Source: Oopsacas minuta | Lineage: Eukaryota; Animalia; Porifera | Reading direction: 5' to 3' | Assembly (NCBI GenBank): GCA_024704765.1 | Contig: JAKMXF010000144.1 | Coordinates: 434,001 to 498,000, forward strand | DNA: 64,000 nt | In this document: positions 35,401 through 48,400 of the stretch, one piece after another | Layout of the letters: every line of letters begins with the position of its first letter | Numbering within the stretch: position 1 is the first letter of the stretch | Notes under the pieces: model-generated | Told to the model about the DNA's origin: nothing | The model's database searches: none | What the model saw: the letters and a program-made list of their open reading frames with translations, nothing else | Made by a program: the position numbers and the translations under genes

Positions 35401-36665
35401 GGGGAATTTTATATACTTTTAACGGGTAATGATGCAGTATACCAGCTGTTCTCAAACTGGGGTATATGGCCCCTTGGTGGTCCACGGACGACAGAAGGGG
35501 GGGGGGGGGCCATAGGATCTCAAAGTTTACATTGCAGTCTACGGGAGGGTTCCACAGAATGTGTTAAAATTGTCGGTATAGGGATCCAAATTTGTTACAG
35601 ACCACTGGAATACACGGCGTTTCCTTAGTATATCTATTAACTAGAGTCTCCTCAATCTAGTATCAATCTGAGACAAATCTATCTGGTCTTGAAGCATTCG
35701 ATCTTGAGTTTGAAGTAAAATGGCCTGTCTCTCTTGTAATAAGTGCTAAAGTAATGACATACTATCAGCTGTTATTCAGACAGCTGTTCTACTTCAAACA
35801 CGTAGAAACATCGCTCAACGAAGCTTGGATTAGACAGAAAAACATGAAACAGTATCAGCTAATAGGACAGGTCCCTGCTTACACTAAGGCTCTCGTATTG
35901 AGACAGCAAATGATTAGCTATGTACAGAACTTCCAATTCTACATGATGTACGAGGTTATACAATTGAATTGGAAACATTTTCAGCAAAAATACGATAGAG
36001 CTTCTACTGTTGATGACGTCATGCAGGCGCATATGGATTTTCTAGAAAAGTCAGTTACAATTAATTATTTTTATTTAGATTGGAAATATTGTTTACTTTA
36101 TATTCATAAAACACATTACACATTACACATAACACACTCGAAAATTCAAGAATTTGGTTTTTAAAACACGTGATTACCCCAGGCCCTGTATATTGCTGTT
36201 AGAGAGCTAGAATATGTTTGTACGAAATTAGATACTGGTGATTATTTTCAAAACTACCTACTCCTATTTTCTTCCTTTAGATGTGTAAATGATTTCCTAA
36301 TGCATCATCACGACATAATCCGTACAGTCTGGAAGATACTAGCACTTTGTGTACAGTTCACGAACTACTTGAACTTATTAGCTGCAGACTTTAACCAGAA
36401 ATTTCAAACTTATCTAAAATCTAATGACATTAGAAATACATACAAAGAGGCAGCGGCTAAAAATGTGCTTAGAAAAATGGTTGAAGGAGATTTTGATCAA
36501 GTTATACGAGGGCAACAGAAACAATTCACTGGAATGTTGGACCAATTTATAGACAGAGTGTCTAGATTGACTCATGAGACAGATCCTGATCACAAAACCA
36601 ATAGCTTAATTGTTAGACTCAAGTTTTACACACGGATTAGTAGTACGATTTTTTCTATAAAATAA
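32484..36665 (+). CDS. TUBGCP2: Gamma-tubulin complex component 2; at least 8 exons
   Basis: GLVSQSLCSVMSTLLKE; SVPYFEILENWIYRG; KILKT|GKYLNVFRE; LRRYFLMNQGDFFLHFM; GLEAFDLEFEVKWPVSLVIS; YQLLFRQLFYFKHVE; LRQQMISYVQNFQFYMMYEVI. Some exon borders are approximate. Confidence 0.92.
34138..34213. mobile_element. Short Tigger/pogo-like MITE in TUBGCP2 intron
   Basis: TA-CAGTCAACTTCCGGTTATATC...GATATAACGGAAGTTGATTG-TA. Confidence 0.75.
35443..35607. mobile_element. Degenerate hAT-like MITE in TUBGCP2 intron
   Basis: CAGCTGTTCTCAAACTGGGG...GTTACAGACCACTG termini with a GC-rich interior; no clean TSD. Confidence 0.45.
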
Positions 36666-36830
36666 CATAATTCTTAAACAGAGATCTCATTTGGTTCTCA
36701 GTGTTTTAATTATTGAATCAAAGAATTGAACATAACATATACTATACTATGCGCAAGGAACATGTATACCCTTGTGTATTTCTTAAATATACGCCTGTCA
36801 TAATTCCTTTTATTAAAAGTTAGAAATAAA

Positions 36831-38783
36831 ATGGCTTCTAATGCCTCAGATTTTGAGGAGCCCCCCCCTGAAAATGTAACGAGTACAGAACAAATGGAAA
36901 TAGGTTCACATCAAGAAAGTGAGAAACAAGATCCTACCAACAATATTACTCAAATGGAATGTGACTCCTCGAGTGAGATAGACCCTAAAAAAGGACAAGA
37001 ATATAAAGACAAAGGAAACACGGCCTTCAAAGAACAACGGTACGACGATGCAATGGAATTATACACACAATCTCTCCGCTATGATCCTAATAGCGCTATT
37101 ACACTGAGTAACAGGAGTGCAGTACATCTACAATTCAAGGATTATGCTAAAGCATTTGAGGATGCAAATCAAGCTATCAGGATTGATGAAAAATTCGTGA
37201 AGTCCTATTTCAGGCTTGGGAAGTGTCATGTAGCTACTGGTAACTTGGGTCATGCTAAAGTTATGTTTGAAAAAGCATTAGAGTTTGAGCCAAACAATCA
37301 AACTACTCTGAACGAAATTAAAAACCTTAATACTTTACTCGATTTTCAAACTAGATACGAGAAATCATTTGCAAATTCTCATTTCAGAGAATCTATATAT
37401 TACATCGGAAAGGTTAGACAAGTAAATATTCTTATTTATTTTACAATTAATATATGTACCTATTTTAGATGCTAGCCCAAGGTGTTGATAGTGCTTTTAT
37501 CTATTCAAAACTAGCAGAAGCTCATTGTCTTAACGGTAAGCTGGACGAAGCAAGTGGTATTTGTAACGACTCTCTGAGGAGATTCACTAACAATTCAGAT
37601 CTCATATATGTAAAAGCACTGATTGAATATTATAGAGACAATCTAGATAGAGCTAAAACGCTATTTTCTATGGTTCTGAGATCTGATCCAGACCATGCCA
37701 AATCTTTTCAAACTTTTAAGAAATTAAAGAAAATACACAAAATCAAAGAGGAAGGCAATGCAGCTGTAAAGGAGAAAGACTACAAGGCAGCTCAGCTGTG
37801 TTACGATGAAGCTCTTACTATAGATCCGTTTAACCGTATTTGTAATGCTAAGTTATTATGTAACAGAGCACTGTGTAAAGAGAAACAGGGACACATTATG
37901 GAGGCTATTGATGACTGTACTGCAGCTATAGAGTAAGCTAATTAATGTTAGCATAATACAGCGAACGTATCTCAAAAGTATTATACAATGGGTTCACGTT
38001 AATATTATTATTATTATTACAGGTAACTCCCGTTATGTCAAAGTCTGAAATTGTACTAATATGGTCCCAAACCGTAAACTAAGATAACTTTCATCACACG
38101 CTTTTATCTAAGTAATTATCCTGGTCCCTTGACCTCTGGTATAACAGGAGTTGACTGTAGTAAGAAATCTAAGGATAAGACGTGTAAATTACAGCTTTCA
38201 ATAAGATCTGTACCCTGCATATTAAAATTGTTTCCAATCTAGTTCAGATGATAATTACACTCGTGCGTTCCAACGCAGAGCTAAACTCTACCAGGATTCT
38301 AATCAACATGACAATGCAGTAGTAGACTACGAGACAATTATGAGGATGGATCCTTCTCAGAGTAATAAAGCTAACTTAACTGAAGCAAAGAGACTGCAAA
38401 AAATAGCAAAACGGAAGGATTATTACAAAATATTGGGTGTTAATCGTAACGCTACTGATGACGAGATCAAGAAGGCTTACCGTAAGCAAGCTGTACTCCA
38501 TCACCCAGATAAACATGCTAGTGATACAGAGGCTAGAAGAATCGCAGAGGAACAGCTGTTCAAGGAAGTAGGCGAGGCATACTCTGTCCTATCCGATCCT
38601 AAGAAACGAGTGAGATACGATAGAGGTGATGATCTGGAGGATATCGCAGCGGACATAGATCCTACTCAAATATTCCAGAATATATTCAGCATGGGGGGAG
38701 GAGCTCCTGGAGGGTTCACATTCTCATTTGGGGGTGGGGGTGGAGGTGGAGGGGGTAAACATGGATTTCAGAGTTTCTTTTGA
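36831..38783 (+). CDS. DNAJC7: DnaJ homolog subfamily C member 7 (TPR co-chaperone); exons 36831-37412, 37469-37932, 38243-38783
   Basis: Tandem TPRs ([26 protein letters not shown]); [11 protein letters not shown]...HHPDKH J domain; Gly/Phe-rich tail. Confidence 0.95.
38020..38157. mobile_element. Tigger/pogo-like MITE in DNAJC7 intron 2
   Basis: TA-CAGGTAACTCCCGTTAT...ATAACAGGAGTTGACTG-TA. Confidence 0.75.
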
Positions 38784-39247
38784 GTAATTTATATCTCATT
38801 AACAATGCTATTATTATACAAAGATGTGTGGAGACCAGATAGATTATTCTGGTTAGTTTAAATGGTTGTCTTATAGCAATTAGTCGTGTATTATGAATAG
38901 TTCATTATATCAATTATTTAGAAATATACAAATTTTACAGTGGTGTTATAAACAGTTCGTTAATCTTCATTGTTTATAAACTGATTGGGACATTTCAATA
39001 AGAACTGTATCCAATTACATATATGTATATATACCGTCAAATCCAATATCGAAGCTCAAGGGACCGTGATTAGTTATATCCGTGATAAGCTAGTTATTTA
39101 TATCCATGTTCGAAGTCACGTGAGTTGTCGGTATACTTTCCAAGAGGCTAAGAGTAATTATCTATAATAATTTTAATACAATTAGATAGAGAATAATAGC
39201 ACTAGTATTGACTATACATTAGCAAAACACTCTGTCTCTTGTACAAT

Positions 39248-42200
39248 ATGTGTGCGGACACCTCTTTAGACCATGCCAAGGACATGGGTCCCTTCACTCC
39301 CACATTGATAAAGTCCCTGAGTGATAAACTCTATGATAAGAGAAAGACATCTGCTCTAGAAATCGAAAAAGTCGTACGGGACCTTGTTAATATGAATGAA
39401 ATGAAACAAGTATCGAAAATAGTTAATATTCTACAACAGGAATTGGTTGAATCTTCAAATCCTAACTCAAGGAAGGGTGGTCTTATTGGAATGGCAGCTT
39501 CTGCTATAGCGTTAGGGAAGGAAAATTTAGGGATTTATCTACCTGAACTAGTACCACCAGTTTTGGCTTGTTTTAATGACCAAGATACAAGAGTAAGGTA
39601 TTATGCTTGTGAAGCTCTCTACAATATTACAAAGGTAATTTGACACATAGTTATACATGCATAACATATGTATGTATATGTAGATACATACACCACCATA
39701 CGTGTTTTATTCAGCTGCTGTTATTAATCTGAATGAAAGGATTGCGGCTGATTATTCTTAGAATTATCAGGCATGATGCTTAACTTGTAGATTGTACGAC
39801 TAACGTTGCAATTTCTTTGTTTAAGCTTTTCTAAAGTCTCCAATCATTAAGTTAACACATTTTGGCTTAGAGAGTTGAGATATTTTAAATTATTATATCT
39901 GAATAATATACACAGTTAAGCCACAAGTGATAATTACAATAATCTCTGTTTCTAACAAAGTTGTATTATATTTTATTGAATCGCCTCTACAACTAATTAC
40001 AGTGGAACCTCGTTGATGCGAACACGGTTAATAAGAACTCCGTTTAAATCGAACACATTTTGACCGTCCGTTAGTGTTGTATTAACTAGGTTAACTCATT
40101 AGTACTTTAACGAATAATGTTTGCTAGGTAGCAAGGGCTTCAGTCCTGATATTCTTCTGTCCAATATTCGAGCGTCTCTGTCAATTAGCAGCTGACCCTG
40201 ATCTTACTGTAAGGAATGGAGCTGACCTTCTAGACAGATTAGTTAAAGATATTGTCACAGACAGTGCACACTTTGATCTGCTTACATTTATTCCTATTCT
40301 CAGAGAGAAACTCTACACCAAAGATCCACACGCTAGACAGTTCCTGGTATCTTGGATGAAGATGTTACTATCTGTACCAGAAATAGAGTTAGTTGATCAT
40401 CTTCCTGAATTGTTAGACGGTTTGTTCGTAATTCTAGATGGTGAAAATCCTGAGATAAGAATCAGTTGTGAGGAAGTATTGTATGAGCTACTAAGAGAGG
40501 TATACTAAGAGAAATATTATTACGATATAACACAGCTTATGTTTAAGCCGTAATTGTACAAATAAGGTCCCAAACCATCAAAGTACACAAATTTCTTCGG
40601 TTATAAGTGGTAGCTCAAGGGACCATGGTAGTCCCTTGAGCTACGATATAGTAGGAGTTTTGACAATACATTCAATACATAAGTATATTGTCAACTACAT
40701 AATTCTTGTAGGTAAGAGCTCGTACTAAAATATGTAAAACAGGCTCCACAACATTCCAGCCTGTATGCTACAAACAAATGGTTAATGTGTTAGTAGCTCA
40801 CTCACAGAGTGAAGATAAACAGGTCTGTTTCATAGCACTACACTGGTTGAAAGAATTCCTAGAACTAGCTAGTAGAGAGCTCCTCTCACTGACTAGTAAC
40901 ATGTTATTAGCTTTTCTACCCTGTGTATCACTCGATAATCATAAAGAAGTTAAAGCAGAGGCCCAGGCAGCTAACAACCTGCTGATGGGTCTAATCTTAG
41001 AAACAGATGACAATAAGGAAGCTAAACCTCTTGAATTTATGTTGAATGAATGTATTAAACCTGGATGGATACAGTCTATGAGAGAGAGTCTGGATTCATC
41101 TCTATCTAGGTAAGTTTTAACTTAAAAGGTAGCCATCTATGTACCACGGAGTATGGATAATAATGTATGTCTTGTAATTAGTTAGGAACAGCGCACAGGC
41201 AATAATTTGAATGCAAATTCTGATACAGTGGATGTCGGTTATGAGAACACACTTAGGAGTAGCAATACAAGTTCTTTTAACCGGCATAAAATTACAGGAA
41301 TATATGAGAACCGTTTTCCAGTGGATGGTGCTCATATCAACCATGTTCTTATAACCGGTATCTGCATAAATCTGAATTAAAAAAATTGCTTAAACTTTAG
41401 GAGTACAGGAGTGCAGGTAATGCCTTTTATCAATTCAGCACTCACAAGTGAATTAGACACACAAGCTGATACAACTCCCAAATCCAAAAGTCTACCTGTA
41501 ATGTTAATCAATCATCAGCATCAAGACACGAGTACCCCCGAATCACCACAAAGCTTAGATCTTACCCCTCTTGTTAACGTGCTAGCTAGCTTCATATTGT
41601 ATAGAAAGAATGAGACCCAAATAGCATCGTTACACTGGATACAATGGCTTATAGCTCAAACTCCACATAAACTGTATCATGAAATACATACATTATTTCC
41701 TGTGTTGTTAGAAGCGTTATCTGATGTTAATGATAAAGTTATCAAGCTAGCTTTAGAAGTAATAGCTGAGCTGTCAAAAAGCGCAGCTGGGCTGCAGATT
41801 GAACGTATCACATTTGAACAGGGTCGTAGCATAATCCCAAAGACAGTTCCCCGTTGTTCAGATGATTCACTGACTGCTGCATTTTCTCTTTTCACTGCTG
41901 AGACAATTTCATTTTTTAAACAAAATCAAGCGATTCTCTACAACAAAGGAGCGTTTATTATTCGCGAAATTTCACTCCTAGTTTCACCAGTCAGTTTCTA
42001 CAGATCTCTCGCATCTATTCTACTTCAAGATGAAGAATTATTCTTTATAAGTACAATGGTAGATGCACTATCTCTTATACTTCTGACGTCATCTGAACTA
42101 TTTCCATTGAGAGCTGAGCTCAGAAACAAAGAAATGGACTCTTCTAATAAATTGTTCATATTACTCTATCGCTGCTGGTCTCATAATCCTGTAGCTGCTC

Positions 42201-42658
42201 TTGCTCTATGCTTCCTTACAGAGCATTATCCTCTTGCTAAGAAGCTAGTACATCATATGGGAGAGTTAGAGATAACTGCCACTCTTCTCTCTCAAATTGA
42301 CAAGTTAGTTCAGATGCTGGAATCACCAGTATTTGCTTATTTACGTATTCAACTGTTAGAACCTTGGAAATTTACAGATCTTGTGGAGAGTTTGTACGGA
42401 ATATTAATGATACTCCCACAAACAACGGCATTTTCCACCCTAGAATCCCGATTAAACTGTATCCCACCACACATACACAGCTACATAATGCTATCAGGAC
42501 AATCTCAACAGCAGTTACTGCCTAAGTGGCAACTTCCACATAAAAAATCGAAAACTCCAGAATTATCTGAATCTTATGATGAGTTATTTGACTATTTTAA
42601 ATCTATTCAGGGTAAGTTCAAGCTAGCTACAGAGACGAAAGGTCGTATGAGACATTAG
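39248..42658 (+). CDS. VAC14: Protein VAC14 homolog; exons 39248-39634, 40128-40499, 40712-41109, 41401-42658
   Basis: SLSDKLYDKRKTSALEIEK; NSRKGGLIGMAA; DTRVRYYACEALYNITK|VAR; LYRCWSHNPVA; IDKLVQMLESPVFAYLRIQLLEP; LMILPQTTAF. Splice phases are compatible. Confidence 0.96.
41226..41366. mobile_element. Tc1/mariner-like MITE in VAC14 intron 3
   Basis: TA-CAGTGGATGTCGGTTATGAGAAC...GTTCTTATAACCGGTATCTGCA-TA imperfect inverted termini. Confidence 0.55.
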
Positions 42659-43005
42659 GTTTGATCAGTCAATTAGGAGTAACATATCTACGAACTTACA
42701 CAATCCTTAAGCTCAATTTGTTGTATGTGTATATCCGTATATGTCTTGTAAATATATTGAGAGCACTATATCTTATGAATCCAAAGCTGTTAAAGATAGT
42801 TAGTACACCTCAATACTCTTCATTGTAGGACCAGCTGATCACGGGAGGGGGTGATATATAGTCCCAGAGCCCAGCTGGGAAACCACTCTGCATAGCTTAG
42901 ATTAACAGCGGTTCCAACCTGGATTCCACAGGAAAATAATGTCATATTTGCATATTTGAGATCCCATATAGGATAATTTAATGTAGGTAACACTTACTAA
43001 CATTT

Positions 43006-45192
43006 ATGGACTGTGATTCTTATCAAAGTATACAAAACAATATCTCTAAACCTCTTCCAATACGTTCTATACTAACAGACCACACAAATACTAATCTACT
43101 GGATAACACACGAAAACGAAGACATAATAACATAACAGATAAACCTGTCAAAACGGTATCACCAAATAACAAACGTTCCAAACAAGACACGCCTCCCGTC
43201 TCTCCTGTGAGGAATACCTACTCGAGTATTTTCTCACTCATCTTGAATCCTTTCAGCATATTCTATCGCTGGAATCCTGTCAAGCATAATACACACAATC
43301 AGCTCACTAATAACCCCCAAGTAACACCAGTGTCTAAGCCCGTATACAAACCACAGCAGCCCATGCAGGGTGCTCCCGACCCTCTAATGGGTCATAATCC
43401 AACTAGTACAGATGGCCCTACGATAAAACCATGGGCGTATTTAAGCGTTAAAAGGGACCGTGATGACCTGAGCTCTATCCTCTCTACATCTCAGAGAGAT
43501 TCCGTTTCTAAGAACATTTTTCAAACGCAAACACAATCTTGTAAAACTATCTTCAAGGACGATTTATTCGCTCGCAGACAGAATCAGAGTTATTTACAAC
43601 TTTTAGCTTCAAAATCAATACCAACAGATAATCTCCTTTCTACTCCCAGATCATACCGTCCTACATCAAACTCATCATTTGTCATAGACTCAATACAACT
43701 AGAAACTACTGACATTCCTTCTTCAACACGACTGAGTAGTTCTCTTCACGAACCTCCTCAACACTCAAAGCCAATCCCCGTCTCCTCTTACAAGAGTCAT
43801 AAATCTGAACCTACCTCCACATTTATACCTCCCACCGGTAGATACACGAACCAGTATAGACATCCAAAATACGACAAGACATTAGCTATGAAGGTGAGCT
43901 CATTCATTTTAATGTTATACTATTCTCTATAGCATTCTCAACTATTCTCTATAGCATTCTCAAGCTATATCTTCTCTCCTTCCATCTGTACCAGCAGGAG
44001 CTATACGTATTCCCAGAGCACCACCTCGCTCTAAACCTAGTCCTCATAATGACACAGATGACATACACATAGTATCTGTAGATAAGCCTGTATCTACTCC
44101 ATGCATACTAGCTACATCTACTGATAGCTTGTCTGATATAGTTATGCTTCAAAGACAGTTTGAATTGAAACGTATCAAGAAGGAGTTTGAAGAAGAGGAA
44201 TTGAATGCTTACAATCGTAAAATGTTTTTGTCAGATCTGGAGCGTAAACAATCAGCTGCTCACATACACAAACCTGTTAAGACACGAGATAAGACCAGTA
44301 TTGAAGAATTGAATAAGAAAATGGATAAGCTGGTAAATACGCTAGAGACTGACGTAAGATTATTATTTATTGAGTAACTCTACAAAATACTTAAATTGTT
44401 ATCCGAATAGATAGAAGATTCCCGTATGCCTGGTGCCCCGTACAAGCCGGTAGACCTAGGAGATGAGATGGAGTTAAGAGTTACAAGAGCACTCGTGAAT
44501 ACTCCAATAGAGGAGGAGCTATCGTCAGGGTTCAGACTTCACATAAAGAGGAAAGACATGTCCACTCTACAAACATCTCATTGGCTTAATGACGAAATTA
44601 TTAACTTCTACTGCAGTATGATAGCTGATAGGAGTCAACAGAAAAAAGGCAAGTATTGCGTAATATTTTCAATTAGAAATTTGTATATACAAATACACTT
44701 ATCCATGTAGATAAGCCTTTACCTACAGTCTATGCATTCAATACATTCTTCTATACCCAGCTTAAAGACAGAGGATATGACAGTATAAAGAGATGGACTA
44801 GAAGAATTGATATATTCACATTAGACATGATAATAATACCAATACATCTAGGGATGCATTGGTGTATGGCTATTATTAATTTCCGAAGAAAAACAGTTGT
44901 GTATTACGATAGCTTTCTAGGATCTAATGTGAGATGTTTGAATCTGCTATTTGAGTATTTACACAAGGAAAGATTAGATAAGAAAGGCGAGACATTTGAT
45001 TCTACGAATTGGGAACTTACCCATGAGAAAGAAATTCCAGAACAGAAAAATTCCAGTGATTGCGGAGTGTTCGCTTGCCAATTCGCGGAATTTATGACAC
45101 GTGAAGCGGTTATAAATTTTACTCAGGATGATATGTCGTGTTTAAGAAGACAAATGGTAGCAGAAATACTGAATAAGAAACTTTACCATTGA
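43006..45192 (+). CDS. SENP1: Sentrin/SUMO-specific protease (SENP1/2, Ulp1-like); multi-exon
   Basis: Disordered N-terminus; DMSTLQTSHWLNDEIINFY; FNTFFY; PIHLGMHW (His); YYDS (Asp); PEQKNSSDCGVF (Cys). Confidence 0.88.
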
Positions 45193-45416
45193 GAGTATAA
45201 ATCTGCCTCTGAGATAGAGAACAGAGCATCTCTCTTACTTTTATATTAAGACAGAATTACTAGTGTTGTGAGTACATAATATCTAGTGAGTATCTGTTGG
45301 TACCTTGAATAGATCCTTATTAATTAAATGGGGAAAGTATACTGACATTAATTGGGGCCATTTCAAATATTTACGAATTTGTGAGATTATTCTACGGTTA
45401 ATTAGCTAATTTCCTG

Positions 45417-48400
45417 ATGGCTTACAGATCTCCTGCTTCTAAAAGGTAGATAATTATTTTGTAATTTGGGCGTTTAACGGTTAATTTATATTCCTTAGAA
45501 AACCAGCTAAAGAACTTGTTCCTAAAGGCGAGAGATGGTAAGTTATATATTACTAGAAATAATTACCCAGTGTCATGTAGATTATATTTATGGGTTAAAT
45601 TCATGAACCGTATTTCAATTCGCCACCTGGTTAATAATTATCAAATTTCTATTTACCAAACAAATATACTAACTCAGGGACCCACTACCTGTTGAACTAA
45701 TTAAACCAGAAGTGTATGCTCCAGGACGATTCGTATTCAAACAACCTTGGTACTGTAATGCTCAGCATACAGACGATTACCTCAGTCCTGGTAAGACCTT
45801 TACAATGACAGTACAACGTCTAACACACTGTTGTCACGTGGAAGAAGCTCTCAGAATTACACAGGATAATACTAAGGTGAAATCGCCGTCTATTTTCTTG
45901 GGAGCTTCTAAGAATTTGAGACAGAATGTGATGCCAGTGATGTCTGGATATGAAACTTGTTTCTACTTCGCTGAGGGAGAACCTCAACCTATGCCCTTAT
46001 TCGAGGCTGATAATCAATGGTGCTTCTTTGATGTAGAGGTAAAGTTATTTTAAAAGTTTACTGATAGGAATTTGAATTCATTTTGGCCAGGGGCTTGGGG
46101 CAACAAACAGAGCTTTTGCCCTCACGATACCTTTTTCTATTTTTTCAAAATTCCTGAATTTGTGTAAGAAATAAAGATATTAATTCACAATACTAACAGA
46201 ACAGAAAAGTGTTGGTTAATATAATAGTGCAAAGATGAGTACGTACATTTATTAATACAATAAAATAATGAATTAATCTTGATGCTAAAATGCTAAGAAA
46301 TCTAAAAATACGCACTAGTTGAAGTACATAGGTTATGAAAGGGATTTTGGTAGAAGATAACAAGAATCAGCTAATTGTAGTGTCTATAGAGCAGTAATAG
46401 AGATTATTGCTCATTGCTTACTGCTGGAGTAGCTTCATTTGCTACTGCGGTTTCTACCACCTTGGTATCACCAGATACCATTTCTTCATGTTCCTTTGGT
46501 GGCGGGGGATAGTCCGCCATATCACCATTCTCAGGAATGAGCTCGTTCTGTGAGGGGGCCGCTGGTAGATCGTCTCCTTCAGTCTGTTTGGCTGCTTCCT
46601 GGAATTCATTGTCTAGAAACTTATCCGTTACATCCTTCTGTAGCAGAGCCTCTTGTGTACCAGGCTCAGGTATCTCTACTGGATTATTCTCAACTACAAT
46701 CTCATTAGTGTCTGCTTTCTCCGCTACATCTCCATTAGTACCTGATTCTACTCTTTCCCTTCTGAATGATTCCCTAGCTTTGACGTAACCGGGGTAGCTC
46801 GAGTCCTCTGTCTCGTCGTTATTCACAGACTGACGCTTTCTACGCTGAGACATACGGACACGTACATCAGGGTCAATAGGATCAAACTTCCTCTCAGAGA
46901 AATCCTTCTGAGATTGTCTAAAGGTACGACCACTGTAACGGAAACGAGAGCCTATTCTTACGAAAGAGAACCTCGGCTGTCTGGTAGGAACCCTATTGAA
47001 GAAGTAATGATGCTCAGCAGCTAACCTCCATATATCCTTCACATAAGTACGTTCTGATATAATGAACTTCAATACAGTTATAGGTTCTCTCTTCTTTGAT
47101 TTAGTGACCTGTTTCTGCTTGGGTGTAGGTTCTTCATTGATTGTAGGCTGCTCGGGAGCAGGACTAATCTCTTCTGTTACTGCTGGGTCTTCTACATGAG
47201 CAGGGCTTTGTTTAGTCTCATCTGTAGTGACGTCAGCATTCTCTGTGGCTACAGGACTAGCAGCTTCTACTGGGGGGTCTTCTAGAGCTTCCTCAACTGA
47301 CAGTTTAGTTTGTTCTGGGTCCTCATTGGTAGCAGGGGCCTCGATAACATCCTTATCTACATTAGTAGCTCCTTCCTCCTTAGTAGGAGGAACTGCCCCC
47401 TCTTCCTTCTCCACCACATCCTTGGTCTCTGTTTCCAGAACACCTTTCGCACGGATGATAAATTTACGTCTCTTAGCCTCTAGTTTAGTGACTATATCCC
47501 ATGGCAGATCGTATAACTTAGCAAACTCATCATCTAGTATAGTTATACCGTGAGGATGTACTCCTATCTGTACAGGTCTCTGTCCCTTGCCAACCTGTAG
47601 ATATCCTACATTCAAATGCATACCATACATCTCCTGCTGCTTCACCATACTCAGAATCTCATTCTCACATTGACCAGGTGTTCTTCCAGCTGTTGCCTTG
47701 TGTTCCGCTACAATATCATCCTCACAGTCCGGGGATTGGAAGTTAAACAGGAAATAATCTTTGGTGTAGCCAGGTATATTTGTGCCCTCCTCATAATCAC
47801 CTAGCTCAGACTGTATGTATAGAGCAGTGATAATATTTAAATCCTTCTCACTCAGTGTATAGTGCTTAGCTCTGATGTCATCAATTACTTGGTGCACAAA
47901 ATATAGACGTGTCTCTTCGCTGTAGACTTGAGTAGGGTCCATGTGGTAGTATTTGACGCCGAAATGTATGTTATCACGTAGGACAGGGGTCAGCTGTTTG
48001 CGTATACTCTTGTCACTGTTCAACCAGAATACCTTCCCCCTCTGGTCATGTACGAACAGAGAAAAGTAATCTACCTCCTCTATGTGAAGATGTTTACAAC
48101 ATTGATCGAATAATGCTTGTATTTTTGATTTCCGTGGTATTTCAAATTCCTCCTTTGTTCCGTGGTAGAAATACACTGTATACTTCTCCGTCATATCTAA
48201 TTTGTTATAATACGAGTGTTGAAATAAGGTCGGTTCGTCAGTAATCCTCAAAATATTATGCTTATGGGTGTTAGAAAAATCCAATTATTTGTCGTGATCA
48301 GAATATATTTTGTTATTTTATGTAGAAAACGCGAATTTTACTTACTCAGTTTGTATGTAGGAAAACACTATATTCCACACCTGTGGTTCGTTATAAAGAG

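Noticed and set aside
46039-46067. Alternative 29-nt intron extending the 45417 gene locally
   Set aside because: Shorter than any intron seen here (minimum about 53 nt); the distal acceptor at 48859 gives an in-frame, motif-consistent protein.
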